Below are positions 62,480-64,000 of a DNA stretch of 64,000 bases, piece by piece; positions within the stretch are counted from its first letter, which is position 1; the number at the start of each line of letters is the position of its first letter. The position numbers were made by a program, and so were the translations under genes. The notes under the pieces were generated by a model. That model ran no database searches and was not told the origin of the DNA. It worked only from the letters and a program-made list of their open reading frames with translations. The stretch lies in the NCBI RefSeq assembly GCF_018977255.1, contig NW_024704742.1, positions 101,372,001-101,436,000 of the forward strand, in the 5' to 3' direction. This stretch comes from Callorhinchus milii. Its lineage: Eukaryota.

Positions 62480-63020
62480 TTTTATCATGTCTAGGCTTGA
62501 CTATGGCAACAGTCTGCTCACTGGACTTCCCAGATCTTCCCTACACCAGCTGCAAACTATCCAGAACTCTGCAGCCCGTGCCCTCTCCTGCACCCGGCTC
62601 CAGAACACGACCACCTCTATCCTTGCTCAATTCCATTGACTCCCCACACCCCAGTAGACTGAGTTCTAATTATTACCTTTAGATCCCTCCACAGTCTCTC
62701 CAACCTCTGTGATCTCCTTCAACTATACCAACCTGGCCGCTCCCTTCACTCACCGAACACTAGCCTTCTTCATATCCCCTGCCTATCCATCCCACTATCA
62801 GTTGCTTTCAGCCATTCTGTCCCTGCTCTTTGGAACTCCATCCTGAAGTCCCTCTGACTCACTCCCTCCTTCACCTCTTTCAAGTAATGTCTCAAAACGT
62901 ACCTCCTTCACTTTGCATTCAGTCATCTTTTGCCTCCCCTCCTACCTCTTCTCCCCAGCCAGCAGTGTGAGTGCACTTTGGGATATCCTCCCAATGTGAA
63001 AAGTGCTATATAAATGTAAA
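62480..63020 (+). mobile_element. Degenerate L2 3' fragment
   Basis: SRLDYGNSLL and QLQTIQNSAAR coding, with a GTGAAAAGTGCTATATAAATGTAA tail. Confidence 0.8.
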
Positions 63021-64000
63021 TATATTATAATTGTATATAACATATTAAAGCAACAAACAAACAGTTTAACTACTAGGTCTGATATTCAGTACAACATAGA
63101 AAAAATTACCCTACGAATAAGCCTATGAAAACAGAATTATTTAAGGTGTACAAATAAAGAGAGAATACATGCTTTCATACCAATGATGAGGTCATGAGAG
63201 TGGAAGTGTTAGGCAGGTTGAAAAGGATTGAAATGAGACTTTAAACATTAATCATAGAGTGGGAGCTTAACATGCATTTTCAGGAAGAAAGTTTAAGGAA
63301 TTAATATGGTCTGTTGAAATAAAGGAGTGCCCCAAAGGTCGTTGGAAGCATTGGTGAGCGTAAGAATCTGACGTTAGATAGAGAAGGTGAAGTCATAGTG
63401 AATTGGGGAATGGACATTCATGATGTCAAAGGAGATCAATAGACTGAGTTAGAGCCAGCACGTCATAAGAGAGAGAGGAGCTAATTGTCAGTAGCATGTG
63501 AAGGTTTGACAACTAGTATCCAGGATATGTTGGCCTCAAGTATTAAGTAAGGTTGCCACACAGAACTGTAGTCTGGTTGCAAGGAAATAAGGCACTTTTA
63601 CTGGACATAGTAAAAGGGGACATGTTACAAAAGAGATTTGGGAATATAAAAAACATTCTGATTTCAAGTGATTTTGAAATAATGATATATGGGGTGGACC
63701 TGGATAAATTGTCACAAACAATTGTTTTATTTTACTTCATTTTTAACGAGATTTGTTCAATTACTCTGGAGTTTATAAAGAGCTTAATACATCTTTGTGC
63801 ATAGGAGATCATCAGTTTTTTTTTCATCTTACTGATACTGATCAAAAACCAATGTAATAGAACGTCCTTTTCCAAGTGATGAATGTTTTGATCCTTTGGT
63901 GACTGCAGTTTGGATGCTATTAAAGGGAAAGATTCACTGCATCACTCATAAATACAACAAACAAAACGGGTCCAAATGAAACCATGCAGTTTGACACTGG

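Overview
This is eukaryotic vertebrate DNA dominated by non-LTR retrotransposon debris. The repeat mix suggests a cartilaginous fish, possibly a chimaera; that is an inference from the L2 LINEs with (GTT)n tails, CR1 LINEs, Deu-domain tRNA-SINEs and a Penelope-type terminal fragment. I cannot support any host protein-coding gene: all long ORFs are L2 or CR1 ORF2 pieces, or antisense shadows of them, so the window is probably intronic or intergenic. Element boundaries were placed by eye and are approximate for old copies. Main points of interest: (1) two young L2 copies 46 kb apart share the same 1-nt frameshift in ORF2, suggesting a defective master copied in trans; (2) a tRNA-Ala-headed SINE occurs in long and short forms, appears to combine Meta-like and Deu-like domains, and has an L2-matching tail; (3) several junctions record insertion or repair mechanisms (tail-into-tail insertion, a SINE/L2 tail chimera, templated inverted and direct copies, a fold-back end); (4) several long palindromes; (5) relics of a Tc1/mariner element and of a Penelope-type hammerhead. 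I see no convincing novel gene system.
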